Assembly (NCBI GenBank): GCA_964363635.1
Contig: CAYIIU010000005.1
Location: 1 to 55,154, forward strand
Length of the DNA stretch: 55,154 nt
From: an uncultured archaeon
Lineage (GTDB): Archaea > Iainarchaeota > Iainarchaeia > Iainarchaeales > VGJJ01
Direction: 5' to 3'
Shown: piece after piece, positions 38,039-46,609 of the stretch
Layout of the letters: each line of letters begins with the position of its first letter
How positions within the stretch are numbered: the stretch's first letter is position 1
The notes under the pieces: generated by a model
The model's database searches: none
Told to the model about the DNA's origin: nothing
What the model saw: only the letters and a program-made list of their open reading frames with translations
Program-made: the position numbers and the translations under genes

Positions 38039-39334
38039 ATGGAACGAAAAATGATACAGGAACTTTTAACACGAAAACACGAAAAAGCCCACATCAAAGG
38101 ATGGGTGAAGCGCAAGCGGGACTTCAAGGGAACGCTCATTTGGTTGATGCGCGACGGAAGCGGGGAAATGCAAGCTGTCTTGTCAAGCGAGAACATACAG
38201 GACAAAAAACAATACGAGCACGCACGCAAAGCCCTCGTTGAGAGTTCTGTAGAAATCGAAGGAACGATTAAAGCAGACGAACGCGCGCCCGGAGGAAAAG
38301 AAATACAAGTCACTCATGTAACGGTTTTACATTCGGGAGATGAGTTTCCCATTGGAAAAGACTTGAGTGAGGATTTCTTGCTGGATGTGAGACATTTGTG
38401 GATTCGCTCCACGAAGATGCAGCAAGGGCTGCGCGCGAGTGCGGCCGTGTTTGAAGCCTTCCATGATTTCTGCAAAAAAGACGGGTATTTGGAAGTGCAG
38501 TGCCCCATGTTTGTTTCCGGTGCCGTGGAAGGAGGCAATGAACTCTTTGATGTGGAATATTTTGGGAAGAAAGTCAATTTGACACAATCTTCGCAATTCT
38601 ACTTGGAAGTGTACGCTTCCGCGCTGGAAAAAGTGTACACCGTTGCCCCCTCGTTCCGAGCGGAACCCTCCCGCACACGCAGACATCTCACGGAATTCTG
38701 GCACGCCGAATGGGAAACGGCCTTTACGGGATTAGAGGATTTGATGGATTGGGAAGAACGCATGATCAAGCACGCGGCGAAGTATGTTTTGGACAAGGCC
38801 CCTGCCCAGCTTGAATACTTTGGACGAAAGCCTGAAGCATTGGAAAAAGTCGTGAAAAACAAATTCAAACGCTTTACATACGATGAAGTATTTGAAGTTG
38901 CGCGAAAAAAATTCCCTGAACTCAAATGGGGGGATGATTTGCAGGAGGCGCATGAACGCGAAATCACCAAGGATTATGACGTGCCTATTTTTGTGCACCA
39001 CTATCCTACGTCATTGAAACCATTTTATCATCGCCCCGACCCACGCAAACCAACCACCGTGTTGTGCGTAGACATGCTCGCGCCGGAAGGGTATGGAGAA
39101 ATCATTGGTTCAGGAGAACGCTGCTGGAAATATGAAGAGTTAGTTGGACGAATGAAACAAGCCAAATTGAAAGAAAAAGACTTCCAATGGTACGTGGACT
39201 TGCGAAAATATGGAAGCGTCCCCCACACGGGAGGGGGATTAGGATTGAGTCGACTCGCGATGTGGCTGTTCAAAATGGAGCACATCCGAGACACGGTAGG
39301 GTTTCCGCGGACGATGAATAGGATTGCGCCGTAG
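38039..39334 (+). CDS. asnS: Asparaginyl-tRNA synthetase
   Basis: RHLWIRS, LTQSSQFYLE, FRAE.S.T.RHLTEFW, APEGYGEIIG, WYVDLRKYGSVPH. Confidence 0.93.
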   Translation: MERKMIQELLTRKHEKAHIKGWVKRKRDFKGTLIWLMRDGSGEMQAVLSSENIQDKKQYEHARKALVESSVEIEGTIKADERAPGGKEIQVTHVTVLHSGDEFPIGKDLSEDFLLDVRHLWIRSTKMQQGLRASAAVFEAFHDFCKKDGYLEVQCPMFVSGAVEGGNELFDVEYFGKKVNLTQSSQFYLEVYASALEKVYTVAPSFRAEPSRTRRHLTEFWHAEWETAFTGLEDLMDWEERMIKHAAKYVLDKAPAQLEYFGRKPEALEKVVKNKFKRFTYDEVFEVARKKFPELKWGDDLQEAHEREITKDYDVPIFVHHYPTSLKPFYHRPDPRKPTTVLCVDMLAPEGYGEIIGSGERCWKYEELVGRMKQAKLKEKDFQWYVDLRKYGSVPHTGGGLGLSRLAMWLFKMEHIRDTVGFPRTMNRIAP

Positions 39335-39391
39335 CAGTGAGAGAAGAAAAATAATAACTGAAATGAAGATGAAAAAAGAAAAAAATTAGTA

Positions 39392-39425
39392 GAAGGGGAA
39401 AAGTTCCCCTTCGAATTCTTTTTTA
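39392..39425. terminator. Hairpin flanked by A/T tracts (likely bidirectional terminator)
   Basis: GAAGGGGAA-AAG-TTCCCCTTC then TTCTTTTTT, between convergent genes. Confidence 0.6.
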
Positions 39426-39438
39426 TTACAAAATTAAT

Positions 39439-40764
39439 TTATGGTGCGGGCAAAACAAATCCAACAACCAACGCGGGAGGATTTGATCCGGGAGCTGGAA
39501 CAGTTATTCCTGATTGATAAGAGCGAAATACCCCTGATCCATCTACATCGTCACCAGTCATCATTAGATACATGTCTTGGGTAGTTGGTGTAACTAATGA
39601 TTCTACATCAAAATTTCTAGTTCGATTAATAGAAGTATCATTGGGTTGCAGTGGTCGTGCAATGAACCCCCCGCCCACACCTGACTCAACAAGAGTATCT
39701 AAACCGGCATTATTACAAGGATCGGCATACTCCCCTGCGGTCAATGTTCTAAAATATTCTTGACCCGTTGAGCCAGAAGGAGAAGCGACATTGAAAAATC
39801 GGGCAGTGGCATATGCCACTCCAATTGGAGTGGACCCCGACGGAGTATACGTCCAATGAGTGGCTATTCCATAATCCGTAAAAGTATCCCTATCAGTAAC
39901 CGACCCACCAGTAACCGGTCCGATGCTAGAAAATGTTCCACCCATACATGTCCCCTGAATCGGCCCCAGCGAAAAGACTCGGTCTTGAAGGATAGGAGAA
40001 TTATACGAACTTGCATCGCTAAAATTAAACTGCAACCAGTGAAAATTATCCACGGATAGTGAATGAAACGCTCCGCTGAAAGTTAAGTCCATTGTGTGAA
40101 TACCGGGAGTAATAACAATTCCAGTTGGCGCATTGAGAGGACCTGTTGATGCACCACTCGCGAGTGGCCCGGAAAAGATAGGGGTACCATCCAGCGCAAT
40201 AGTATCTAACGTAACGGTCGTCGGGCCAAACGTGGGTATGATTGAGCCAATAACAATATTGTTCGACCCCGTGTTGGTCAATGTCCAACCATTGGTGGTG
40301 CTAGCATTAGCAACCGGTGAAAACAAAACCTGTGTCATCGGCGCCCAATCCACCGAAGCAAAGCTGGCCATGGACGGAGGTATAATTGGAATACATGAAC
40401 CAACTTCAATCGCACAGTTTGTACAAGTCAGATTTCCCCCGCTATAGAGGCTTGGATTGAAAGTGACGCATGTTCCATCTTGCGGAGGAGCGAATGCTGT
40501 ACCATCGCATGCTTCACCAGCATGCAATTGATTGGGTGGATTCCCGCATGTTGAAGGATTTCCGCCGCCCGTGCCGCCTAATGTGACTCGATTCTGGTAT
40601 TGCGCAAGATTGTTATTGATGATGTCGTTGGTCGAACCCGTCGAGCCAATGATAATCAGCAAAACAATAGTCGCGATGAGCACCGCGCCCCCAATCAAGA
40701 GCAAATATTCCAAGGCACCCTGTCCTTTAGTAGTTTTTTTTTCGCGTACGGAAAATCGATTCAT
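39439..40764 (-). CDS. Class III signal peptide (archaeal pilin-like) surface protein
   Basis: KKTTKG/QGALEYLLLIGGAVLIATIV; Cys module GEACDG..C..GNLTC..C; GAGGGTGA RBS. Confidence 0.85.
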   Translation of the reverse strand: MNRFSVREKKTTKGQGALEYLLLIGGAVLIATIVLLIIIGSTGSTNDIINNNLAQYQNRVTLGGTGGGNPSTCGNPPNQLHAGEACDGTAFAPPQDGTCVTFNPSLYSGGNLTCTNCAIEVGSCIPIIPPSMASFASVDWAPMTQVLFSPVANASTTNGWTLTNTGSNNIVIGSIIPTFGPTTVTLDTIALDGTPIFSGPLASGASTGPLNAPTGIVITPGIHTMDLTFSGAFHSLSVDNFHWLQFNFSDASSYNSPILQDRVFSLGPIQGTCMGGTFSSIGPVTGGSVTDRDTFTDYGIATHWTYTPSGSTPIGVAYATARFFNVASPSGSTGQEYFRTLTAGEYADPCNNAGLDTLVESGVGGGFIARPLQPNDTSINRTRNFDVESLVTPTTQDMYLMMTGDDVDGSGVFRSYQSGITVPAPGSNPPALVVGFVLPAP

Positions 40765-40870
40765 GTGCGTCACCCTCACGTCAGATAGTATTCACCAACT
40801 TTTTCCACTTTATAAACAATGATACTCGCCGACTAGACGGTTGGGCATACCGCACCGAGCGAAAACGGGA

Positions 40871-40966
40871 GAGGAGAAGGTATTCCATCGCCCCATGAGC
40901 AGGAGACAAGGGGCCCTTCCCTAAAATGCGGACAACCATCCCAAGGAAAATCCATTGGCCCTTTTT
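40871..40966 (-). pseudogene. Interrupted class III signal peptide remnant (KKGQ, 20-codon insert, GAMEYLLL)
   Basis: Peptide similarity to the adjacent pilin leader; hydrophobic stretch truncated. Confidence 0.4.
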
Positions 40967-41160
40967 ATTATCCGCATGAAAAAAAGGGGGAACGTTGAAC
41001 AATGTATTACTGATTGAACGTCGCACCAAAATTGCTTTTAAAAGCCCCCGCGTCTGATATGCAGAAATTCTCCTCACGAATGGTTGGGAGGGCGGCAATC
41101 TCCTCTGCCGCACTCTTTCCTTTCTTTTTATAAGGTCCATTTACACGTTTAACGGGTAGG

Positions 41161-41562
41161 ATGGTGAATTCCATGAAGAATATCCAATTGCTCATTCTAG
41201 CCACTTTTTTGGTCATACCCCTAGTGCACGCCAACGAATCGGTGGGACTGATTACCAATCCCCTGCGCTGGCTCGCAGAAGAAGCGGGGCAATTCGACTT
41301 TTCCATCCGCATCATCGTTTTTTTGTTCTCGGCCGCAATCGCAGCCATCGGATTCACCGCTTGGAGACGCACGCCCAACACGCGCGTCAAATGGATTGCC
41401 ATCGCATTCGGATTATTCGCATTCAAGTGGCTGCTGAAAGTCATGGATATGTTTGTGAGCTCGGGAGCATTCTTCCCCGACCACGCGGAGAATGTGATAG
41501 AACTCATTTCACTGGCTCTTATCGCATACACCATCTTCGCCCCACGCCCGACAGGAAACTAA
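41161..41562 (+). CDS. Small multi-TM membrane protein
   Basis: Signal-like N-terminus plus three hydrophobic helices; co-directional with a wHTH gene. Confidence 0.7.
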   Translation: MVNSMKNIQLLILATFLVIPLVHANESVGLITNPLRWLAEEAGQFDFSIRIIVFLFSAAIAAIGFTAWRRTPNTRVKWIAIAFGLFAFKWLLKVMDMFVSSGAFFPDHAENVIELISLALIAYTIFAPRPTGN

Positions 41563-41575
41563 CGAGGAAAAAATC

Positions 41576-42169
41576 ATGGCTGATGATGCAGGGTTTGAAA
41601 AAGCACTCCAGCTTGATGTACGCAAACGGATTTACACGGAAATAGAACAATCCCCCGGACTGCATTTCAGGGAGATTCAGAGGCGCACTATTTTAGCGGT
41701 GGGAAGCCTGCAGTACCACTTGGATTATCTGCAAAAACACCACATCATCCGCACGCAAAAAGAAGGAAAATTCGTGCGCTATTATTCCGTGCGCGGACTC
41801 CAAGTTGGAAACACGGAGAACATGCACGCGGGGCAGAACACGATGGCTTCGCTCCGACATGAGAGCACGCGGAAGATTGTATTATTTTTACTGCACGAAA
41901 CGCGCGCCAACAACGAGCGCATCGCGCAGGAAATACACTTGTCTCCCTCCACCACGAGCTGGCACTTGGACAAATTGTGCGAATCGGGCGTGCTCAAGAA
42001 GGAACGCGCGGGGAGAAAAAGTTTTTTTACGCTCACCAATCCGGAAGAGGCAAGAAAGTTGCTCGTGACATTCAAACAAAGCTTCTTCGATCAGGCTGTG
42101 GATAACTTTGTCGAACTCACGCAATCACTTGCCGAGCCGGTGCAAACGCCGGACGAAAACACGCCGTGA
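41576..42169 (+). CDS. Double winged-HTH transcriptional regulator (archaeal ArsR/MarR-like)
   Basis: PGLHFREI.R....GSLQYHL..L and LSPSTTSWHL.KL. Confidence 0.88.
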   Translation: MADDAGFEKALQLDVRKRIYTEIEQSPGLHFREIQRRTILAVGSLQYHLDYLQKHHIIRTQKEGKFVRYYSVRGLQVGNTENMHAGQNTMASLRHESTRKIVLFLLHETRANNERIAQEIHLSPSTTSWHLDKLCESGVLKKERAGRKSFFTLTNPEEARKLLVTFKQSFFDQAVDNFVELTQSLAEPVQTPDENTP

Positions 42170-42204
42170 TTTTTTATTCGTTTTTGAATCAAAATACTTC
42201 GTCA

Positions 42205-42651
42205 TTAAACGCCCGAAATCTGCGCCACGTCGCCGGGAATAATCCCCCATTGCCTCGCCACGCCGGGGTTGAATTCCAGCACATACTGGGCGTTGCCCGA
42301 AGGGATGTACACTTTGCACGGGTCCTTTTCGCAGGGAAGCATCGTCTGAATGTCCACGACCTTCCCTTGAGCGTCCATCCAAATAGCATCCAATGGAATG
42401 AGGGTGTTTTTCATCCAGAATCCATAAATGTCTTCCTTCTCAAACACGAAAAGCACCCCCGCATTTCCCGATAAAGCCTGGCGGTACATCAGTCCTTGAG
42501 CACGTTCCTCAGAAGTGGAGGCGACTTCCACAATCACGCACCGCTCGCCGAAACAAACTTTAGGGATGGAAGAATAGGGGGATGCGGATAAACACCCTAA
42601 CAAGAAAACCAAAAATAAAAAAATAACTAAAACGAAAGAAAGGGATTTCAT
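42205..42651 (-). CDS. DUF192 family protein
   Basis: VEVA...ERAQGLMYR, FWMKNTLIPLD, YVLE.N.G. Confidence 0.9.
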   Translation of the reverse strand: MKSLSFVLVIFLFLVFLLGCLSASPYSSIPKVCFGERCVIVEVASTSEERAQGLMYRQALSGNAGVLFVFEKEDIYGFWMKNTLIPLDAIWMDAQGKVVDIQTMLPCEKDPCKVYIPSGNAQYVLEFNPGVARQWGIIPGDVAQISGV

Positions 42652-42708
42652 GGAATGTAAACCCTGTTCACCAATAAATAGATGTTGTTGAGAGCCAAAT
42701 AAATAACG

Positions 42709-43902
42709 CTATTTATTGGAAATAATCTCAATCACATCGCGATTTTTGAGGGTGTGGTCCTTTCCCAAGAGCATGCGGGTTTTCACGTCCACCGCTTTAA
42801 TAAAATTCTTCCCGAAATCCGTATGCAGACGGAATGCAAAATCGAGCGTGGTGGAGTGCGGGGGCATCAAGTAGCAATCAGGGAGAACATTACCGTTTTT
42901 ATCGACAAGGCCTTTCGTGCCGCCGGGAAAAATAGCCACGTATTTCAACGAGGAAAAAACGGTTTCATCCAATACGCGCTGCACGCCCGTGCCTGAAAAG
43001 GGAATCAATACTTTTTGGCGGATATAATTCAACGCCTGCCCCTGCGCCTCATTGAGGGTTTTTTTGGGAGCAAAATCCGCCTGTCCCGGAATGTACTCAA
43101 TCATTTCTCCCTTGGCGGCTTTTTTCAACGTGAGCTCGGCTTCGGATGAACAGGGGATAATCAACAAATGGGAGAATTGCTTCTTCATCTTCTCCACATT
43201 TTCTTTGGCATGCGGCAAATCCACTTTGTTCGCAGCAATCACCATGGGTTTGGATATTTTTCTCAATTCATGGATGAACAAGCGCAAATCTTCGGGCGTC
43301 CAACCCAACGCACGCTTCTCCGTCAATTTGGCATGAAACAACGCTCCATCGACTTGTTTTTCCGTCACTCCCAATCCAGAGAGAATTTTGGAAAGACCTT
43401 CCACGGTTTGCTGCCGGCTCTGCGCGGGGGAGCGGGAAAACTTTGAAAAATTGCTGTTCAAAATCCCCAGCATCCACAATTCTAATTCTTCTTCGAGAAA
43501 TAAAACGTCCTTGCATGGGTCATGCGAACCGCTTTCAACAGCCTCGCCTTTTTCGTTCGTACTGCCGCTCGCATCCACCACATGAATCAATACATCCGCT
43601 TGCCTCAAATCATCCAAAAACTTGTTTCCCAAACCCTTTCCTTCATGCGCGCCCGGAACGAGTCCTGCAACGTCAATCATTTCCACGGGAACAAAGCGCG
43701 TGTGGTTGATGCAATAGCCCGAACGGGGGTTGCACTGCGTGTTGAACTCTTTATCCACACATTCAACACGTACGAAACCAACACCTTTGTTGGGTTCAAT
43801 CGTGGTGAACGGATACGCCGCGCGCGCGACGTCAATCAAGGTTGCCGCAGCAAAAAAGGTTGACTTTCCCGATGAGGGACACCCAACAAGACCTACTAAC
43901 AT
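42709..43902 (-). CDS. ychF: Obg-family ATPase/GTPase YchF (archaeal type, TGS domain)
   Basis: [46 protein letters not shown]. Confidence 0.93.
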   Translation of the reverse strand: MLVGLVGCPSSGKSTFFAAATLIDVARAAYPFTTIEPNKGVGFVRVECVDKEFNTQCNPRSGYCINHTRFVPVEMIDVAGLVPGAHEGKGLGNKFLDDLRQADVLIHVVDASGSTNEKGEAVESGSHDPCKDVLFLEEELELWMLGILNSNFSKFSRSPAQSRQQTVEGLSKILSGLGVTEKQVDGALFHAKLTEKRALGWTPEDLRLFIHELRKISKPMVIAANKVDLPHAKENVEKMKKQFSHLLIIPCSSEAELTLKKAAKGEMIEYIPGQADFAPKKTLNEAQGQALNYIRQKVLIPFSGTGVQRVLDETVFSSLKYVAIFPGGTKGLVDKNGNVLPDCYLMPPHSTTLDFAFRLHTDFGKNFIKAVDVKTRMLLGKDHTLKNRDVIEIISNK

Positions 43903-43987
43903 ATCGGAACCTCGGCGGTTTGGGGGGTGTCCATAGGATGAAATCCCCTGAAATAGTATTATTAATATGTCAGAAAAGTATCCGCTT

Positions 43988-44016
43988 TTTTGATTGAACT
44001 TTTTTCTAAAAAGTTC
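43988..44016. repeat. Type-B REP-like palindrome
   Basis: TTTTGATT-GAACTTTTT-TCT-AAAAAGTTC. Confidence 0.75.
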
Positions 44017-44025
44017 GAAAGATAA

Positions 44026-44547
44026 CTATATTTTGCCTTTCTCCCCATAATATTCATGAAGCTGTTTTCCTGTCCAAGGCTTCGTCTGCTCCATCGTGAA
44101 TCCTAATTTTTCAACATACTGTTTGAGGATTTCAATACTGGGCGCTTCTATTTCCAATACCGTTGGAATTCCGGGAGGCGTATCAATATCAAAATGAACA
44201 TTTCCTAATTGGTAGGACATGCGATGCTTTTGAGTTACCGCATTTTTCTGCATCCCCATTTCCGTTAAAATTTTCTCAGTTACTTCAAAGGATGAAACAG
44301 ATACTTCCCATTCATCCGCAACTTTAGCCACATCTTGAGACAGCCCCTTCTTGAGTGTCAATTCCACTTTATCACCGTGCTTGCGGAGTCGGAGCATTTT
44401 TCCATCTTTTTTCAATCGCTCATCGGAGAAATCGTATTTCCCCCCATCAATCATTCCATCAGATGTTTTCTTAGCACCCCACTTTTCAAGTTTGGCGACG
44501 ACCTCAGAAACGTTGATTTCCAAAATCTTGAGTTCAATTTCTTTCAT
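44026..44547 (-). CDS. CYTH-domain protein (class IV adenylate cyclase-like)
   Basis: EIELK, LRLR, LT.K, K.R..Y, LEIE. Confidence 0.88.
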   Translation of the reverse strand: MKEIELKILEINVSEVVAKLEKWGAKKTSDGMIDGGKYDFSDERLKKDGKMLRLRKHGDKVELTLKKGLSQDVAKVADEWEVSVSSFEVTEKILTEMGMQKNAVTQKHRMSYQLGNVHFDIDTPPGIPTVLEIEAPSIEILKQYVEKLGFTMEQTKPWTGKQLHEYYGEKGKI

Positions 44548-44549
44548 AA

Positions 44550-45191
44550 TCACACCATTCTCGCATTATTGAATTCTTTGACCAGCTTATCCGTTCCCTC
44601 GCTGTTGATGCATTGCTCCAACACCGAAGGTTTGGCGGTGATTTGACACCCTAATGCAAAGGCTTTCGCCACGTGCTCGGGTGACTGCAGCGAGGCTGCG
44701 AGAACATGCGCATCCAATTCATGCGCGTCAAACGCATCCATCATGTCTTCGATTTGTTCCCACGGGTCAATCTTGGCATCGATCATTCGACCGACGTACG
44801 GGGCAATGTAGTGCCCGCCCGCAAACGCGGCAATGATCCCCTGCGCGGCGGAAAAAACGGCCGTGAAACACAATTCAATTTTGTCATGGTTGAGTGTGGG
44901 GGCGATGGAGAAACCATTCCGGTCCGCGGGAATCTTGATGATGGCTTCAGGGAGCATCTCGTGAATGGTTCGCGCATCCTCCAACAATTCGTCGGGGGTT
45001 TCTCCCGTGGCTTGGACCATAATCAATTGCTCCTTGTTCAAGAGCATGGAAAGCTTCTGCAAATGCTCAAAACGATTGACAGGTTTTGCCGCAGAGAGGA
45101 GAAGAGGATTCGTGGTCACGCCCGTAACAAAGGGCTGTTTGAGCCACTTTTCAGCCTCTAGAATGTTGGCCGTGTCGACGAAGATGGTCAT
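44550..45191 (-). CDS. fsa: Transaldolase family protein, fructose-6-phosphate aldolase type
   Basis: DTAN, GVTTNP, IKIP Schiff-base Lys; FSA-type Gln (MVQ) and Tyr (APYVGR). Confidence 0.8.
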   Translation of the reverse strand: MTIFVDTANILEAEKWLKQPFVTGVTTNPLLLSAAKPVNRFEHLQKLSMLLNKEQLIMVQATGETPDELLEDARTIHEMLPEAIIKIPADRNGFSIAPTLNHDKIELCFTAVFSAAQGIIAAFAGGHYIAPYVGRMIDAKIDPWEQIEDMMDAFDAHELDAHVLAASLQSPEHVAKAFALGCQITAKPSVLEQCINSEGTDKLVKEFNNARMV

Positions 45192-45263
45192 AGATACGTG
45201 AAAATGCTTCACAATCATTAAAAATGGGATATCTAGCGTAAATGGGCAAGTGAGGAAAATAGG

Positions 45264-45845
45264 ATGAAAATTGGAGTGGATTTGGACGATGTTCTGATTG
45301 ATCTGAACCGGTCGCTCTCTCTCTTCCACAATGCTAAATTTGGCACAACCTACGACATAGAAGACGTGCGGAGCTTTGAACTCGAAAAGGTGTGGAATTG
45401 CACCACGGAAGAAATGATCCGGAGGGTAAATATTTTCTATAAAATCCATCGACCGCATCGCATTATGACTATTGACGGAGCAGTCGAAACGCTCAATCGA
45501 TTAAAAAATAAAAATGAATTAGTCGTCATTACTGGGAGACCCCCTTCGGTTGCAGGCAAGACCGAGGAAACAATAGCATATCACTTTCCCAACATATTCA
45601 AGGATATCTATTACACCAACTTTTTTTCAAAACGAGAACAAGCGGTGACAAAGGCAGATATTTGCCAGCAAAAATCGATTGATATTTTTATTGAAGACAA
45701 TTTTGAATGGGCCAATCAAATTGCCGAAAAAGGGATTCCAGTACTCCTGTTAGATGCCCCTTGGAATCAACTCCCAATTAATAACCCTAAAATCGCCCGC
45801 GTTCATAATTGGAAAGAAATTGAACAGAAAATTGAAAAAAAATAA
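45264..45845 (+). CDS. 5'(3')-deoxyribonucleotidase-like HAD hydrolase
   Basis: IGVDLDDVL, ITGR, K, FIEDN, PWN, RV.NW.EI. Confidence 0.85.
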   Translation: MKIGVDLDDVLIDLNRSLSLFHNAKFGTTYDIEDVRSFELEKVWNCTTEEMIRRVNIFYKIHRPHRIMTIDGAVETLNRLKNKNELVVITGRPPSVAGKTEETIAYHFPNIFKDIYYTNFFSKREQAVTKADICQQKSIDIFIEDNFEWANQIAEKGIPVLLLDAPWNQLPINNPKIARVHNWKEIEQKIEKK

Positions 45846-45852
45846 AATCTAG

Positions 45853-45978
45853 AATTCGATTCCCTTGCGTGCATATATCTGCATTCACGCCGGTTTCGCC
45901 CGGCGGAGACGATATAGGAGGATTGCAAGCAATCCCCCAGCTTTTCAAAATTCGATTCCCTTGCGTGCATATATCTGC
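45853..45978. repeat. Exact 30-bp direct repeat of the cobO 3' end, flanking a 66-bp two-hairpin insert
   Basis: AATTCGATTCCCTTGCGTGCATATATCTGC at 45853-82 and 45949-78. Confidence 0.9.
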
Positions 45979-46529
45979 TTCATGTACGGGTGCTTCTTGA
46001 GCGTCATCACCGTAATGTAATCCGCCGCTTCGAGGATTTCTTCCGGAGCGTTTCTTCCCGTCAAAACGATTTCCGTGTGCGCGGGTTTGTCTTGGAGCAT
46101 TTTTTTTACGGTGGGAATATCAACTAAATTTTTGTTCATCGCCACATTCAACTCGTCAAAAATAACCAAATCGTATTCTCCACCTAGCACGGCATTTCGC
46201 CCGCGCTCGAATGCACTGGTTGCAAGGGAATTATCAAATTCGGTTGGAACAAAACAATCTCTGCAATATCCTTTGAACGTGCCCTCAATGATTTCCGTAT
46301 CATGCTCGGCTTGATTTTTGCACTCCACATTAAACGACTCAAATGTAATGGGGATGCCAAACTTTCGCAACGCTAACACTTCTCCCGTGTAGCCTATTTT
46401 CATGAACTGTACGATGAATATTTTCATCCCATGCCCCGCGCCGCGCAACGCTAAACCCATCGACGCGGTGGTTTTTCCTTTTCCATCGCCCGTGTAAACG
46501 TGAACAAGTCCTCGTTCTAAAAAACTCAT
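45945..46529 (-). CDS. cobO: ATP:cob(I)alamin adenosyltransferase (CobO/CobA/BtuR family)
   Basis: VYTGDGKGKTTA..GLALR..G, QFMK, DE, LTGRNAP, KHP...ARKGIEF. Confidence 0.92.
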   Translation of the reverse strand: MSFLERGLVHVYTGDGKGKTTASMGLALRGAGHGMKIFIVQFMKIGYTGEVLALRKFGIPITFESFNVECKNQAEHDTEIIEGTFKGYCRDCFVPTEFDNSLATSAFERGRNAVLGGEYDLVIFDELNVAMNKNLVDIPTVKKMLQDKPAHTEIVLTGRNAPEEILEAADYITVMTLKKHPYMKQIYARKGIEF

Positions 46530-46609
46530 AATTCCCAACCGGGGGAAAAAGGGCAAAGAACTATTTAACGGCACGCTCAACGCGGCGCCGAAAAAAAAAG
46601 AAAAAAAAC

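Noticed and set aside
40895-40954. Bulge-helix-bulge mRNA intron in the pilin relic
   Set aside because: No convincing 3-4-3 geometry, and removing the insert would not restore a full pilin ORF.
45853-45978. DGR template/variable repeat pair at the cobO 3' end
   Set aside because: Copies are only 30 bp and identical, with no adenine-specific mismatches, and no reverse transcriptase is in the window.
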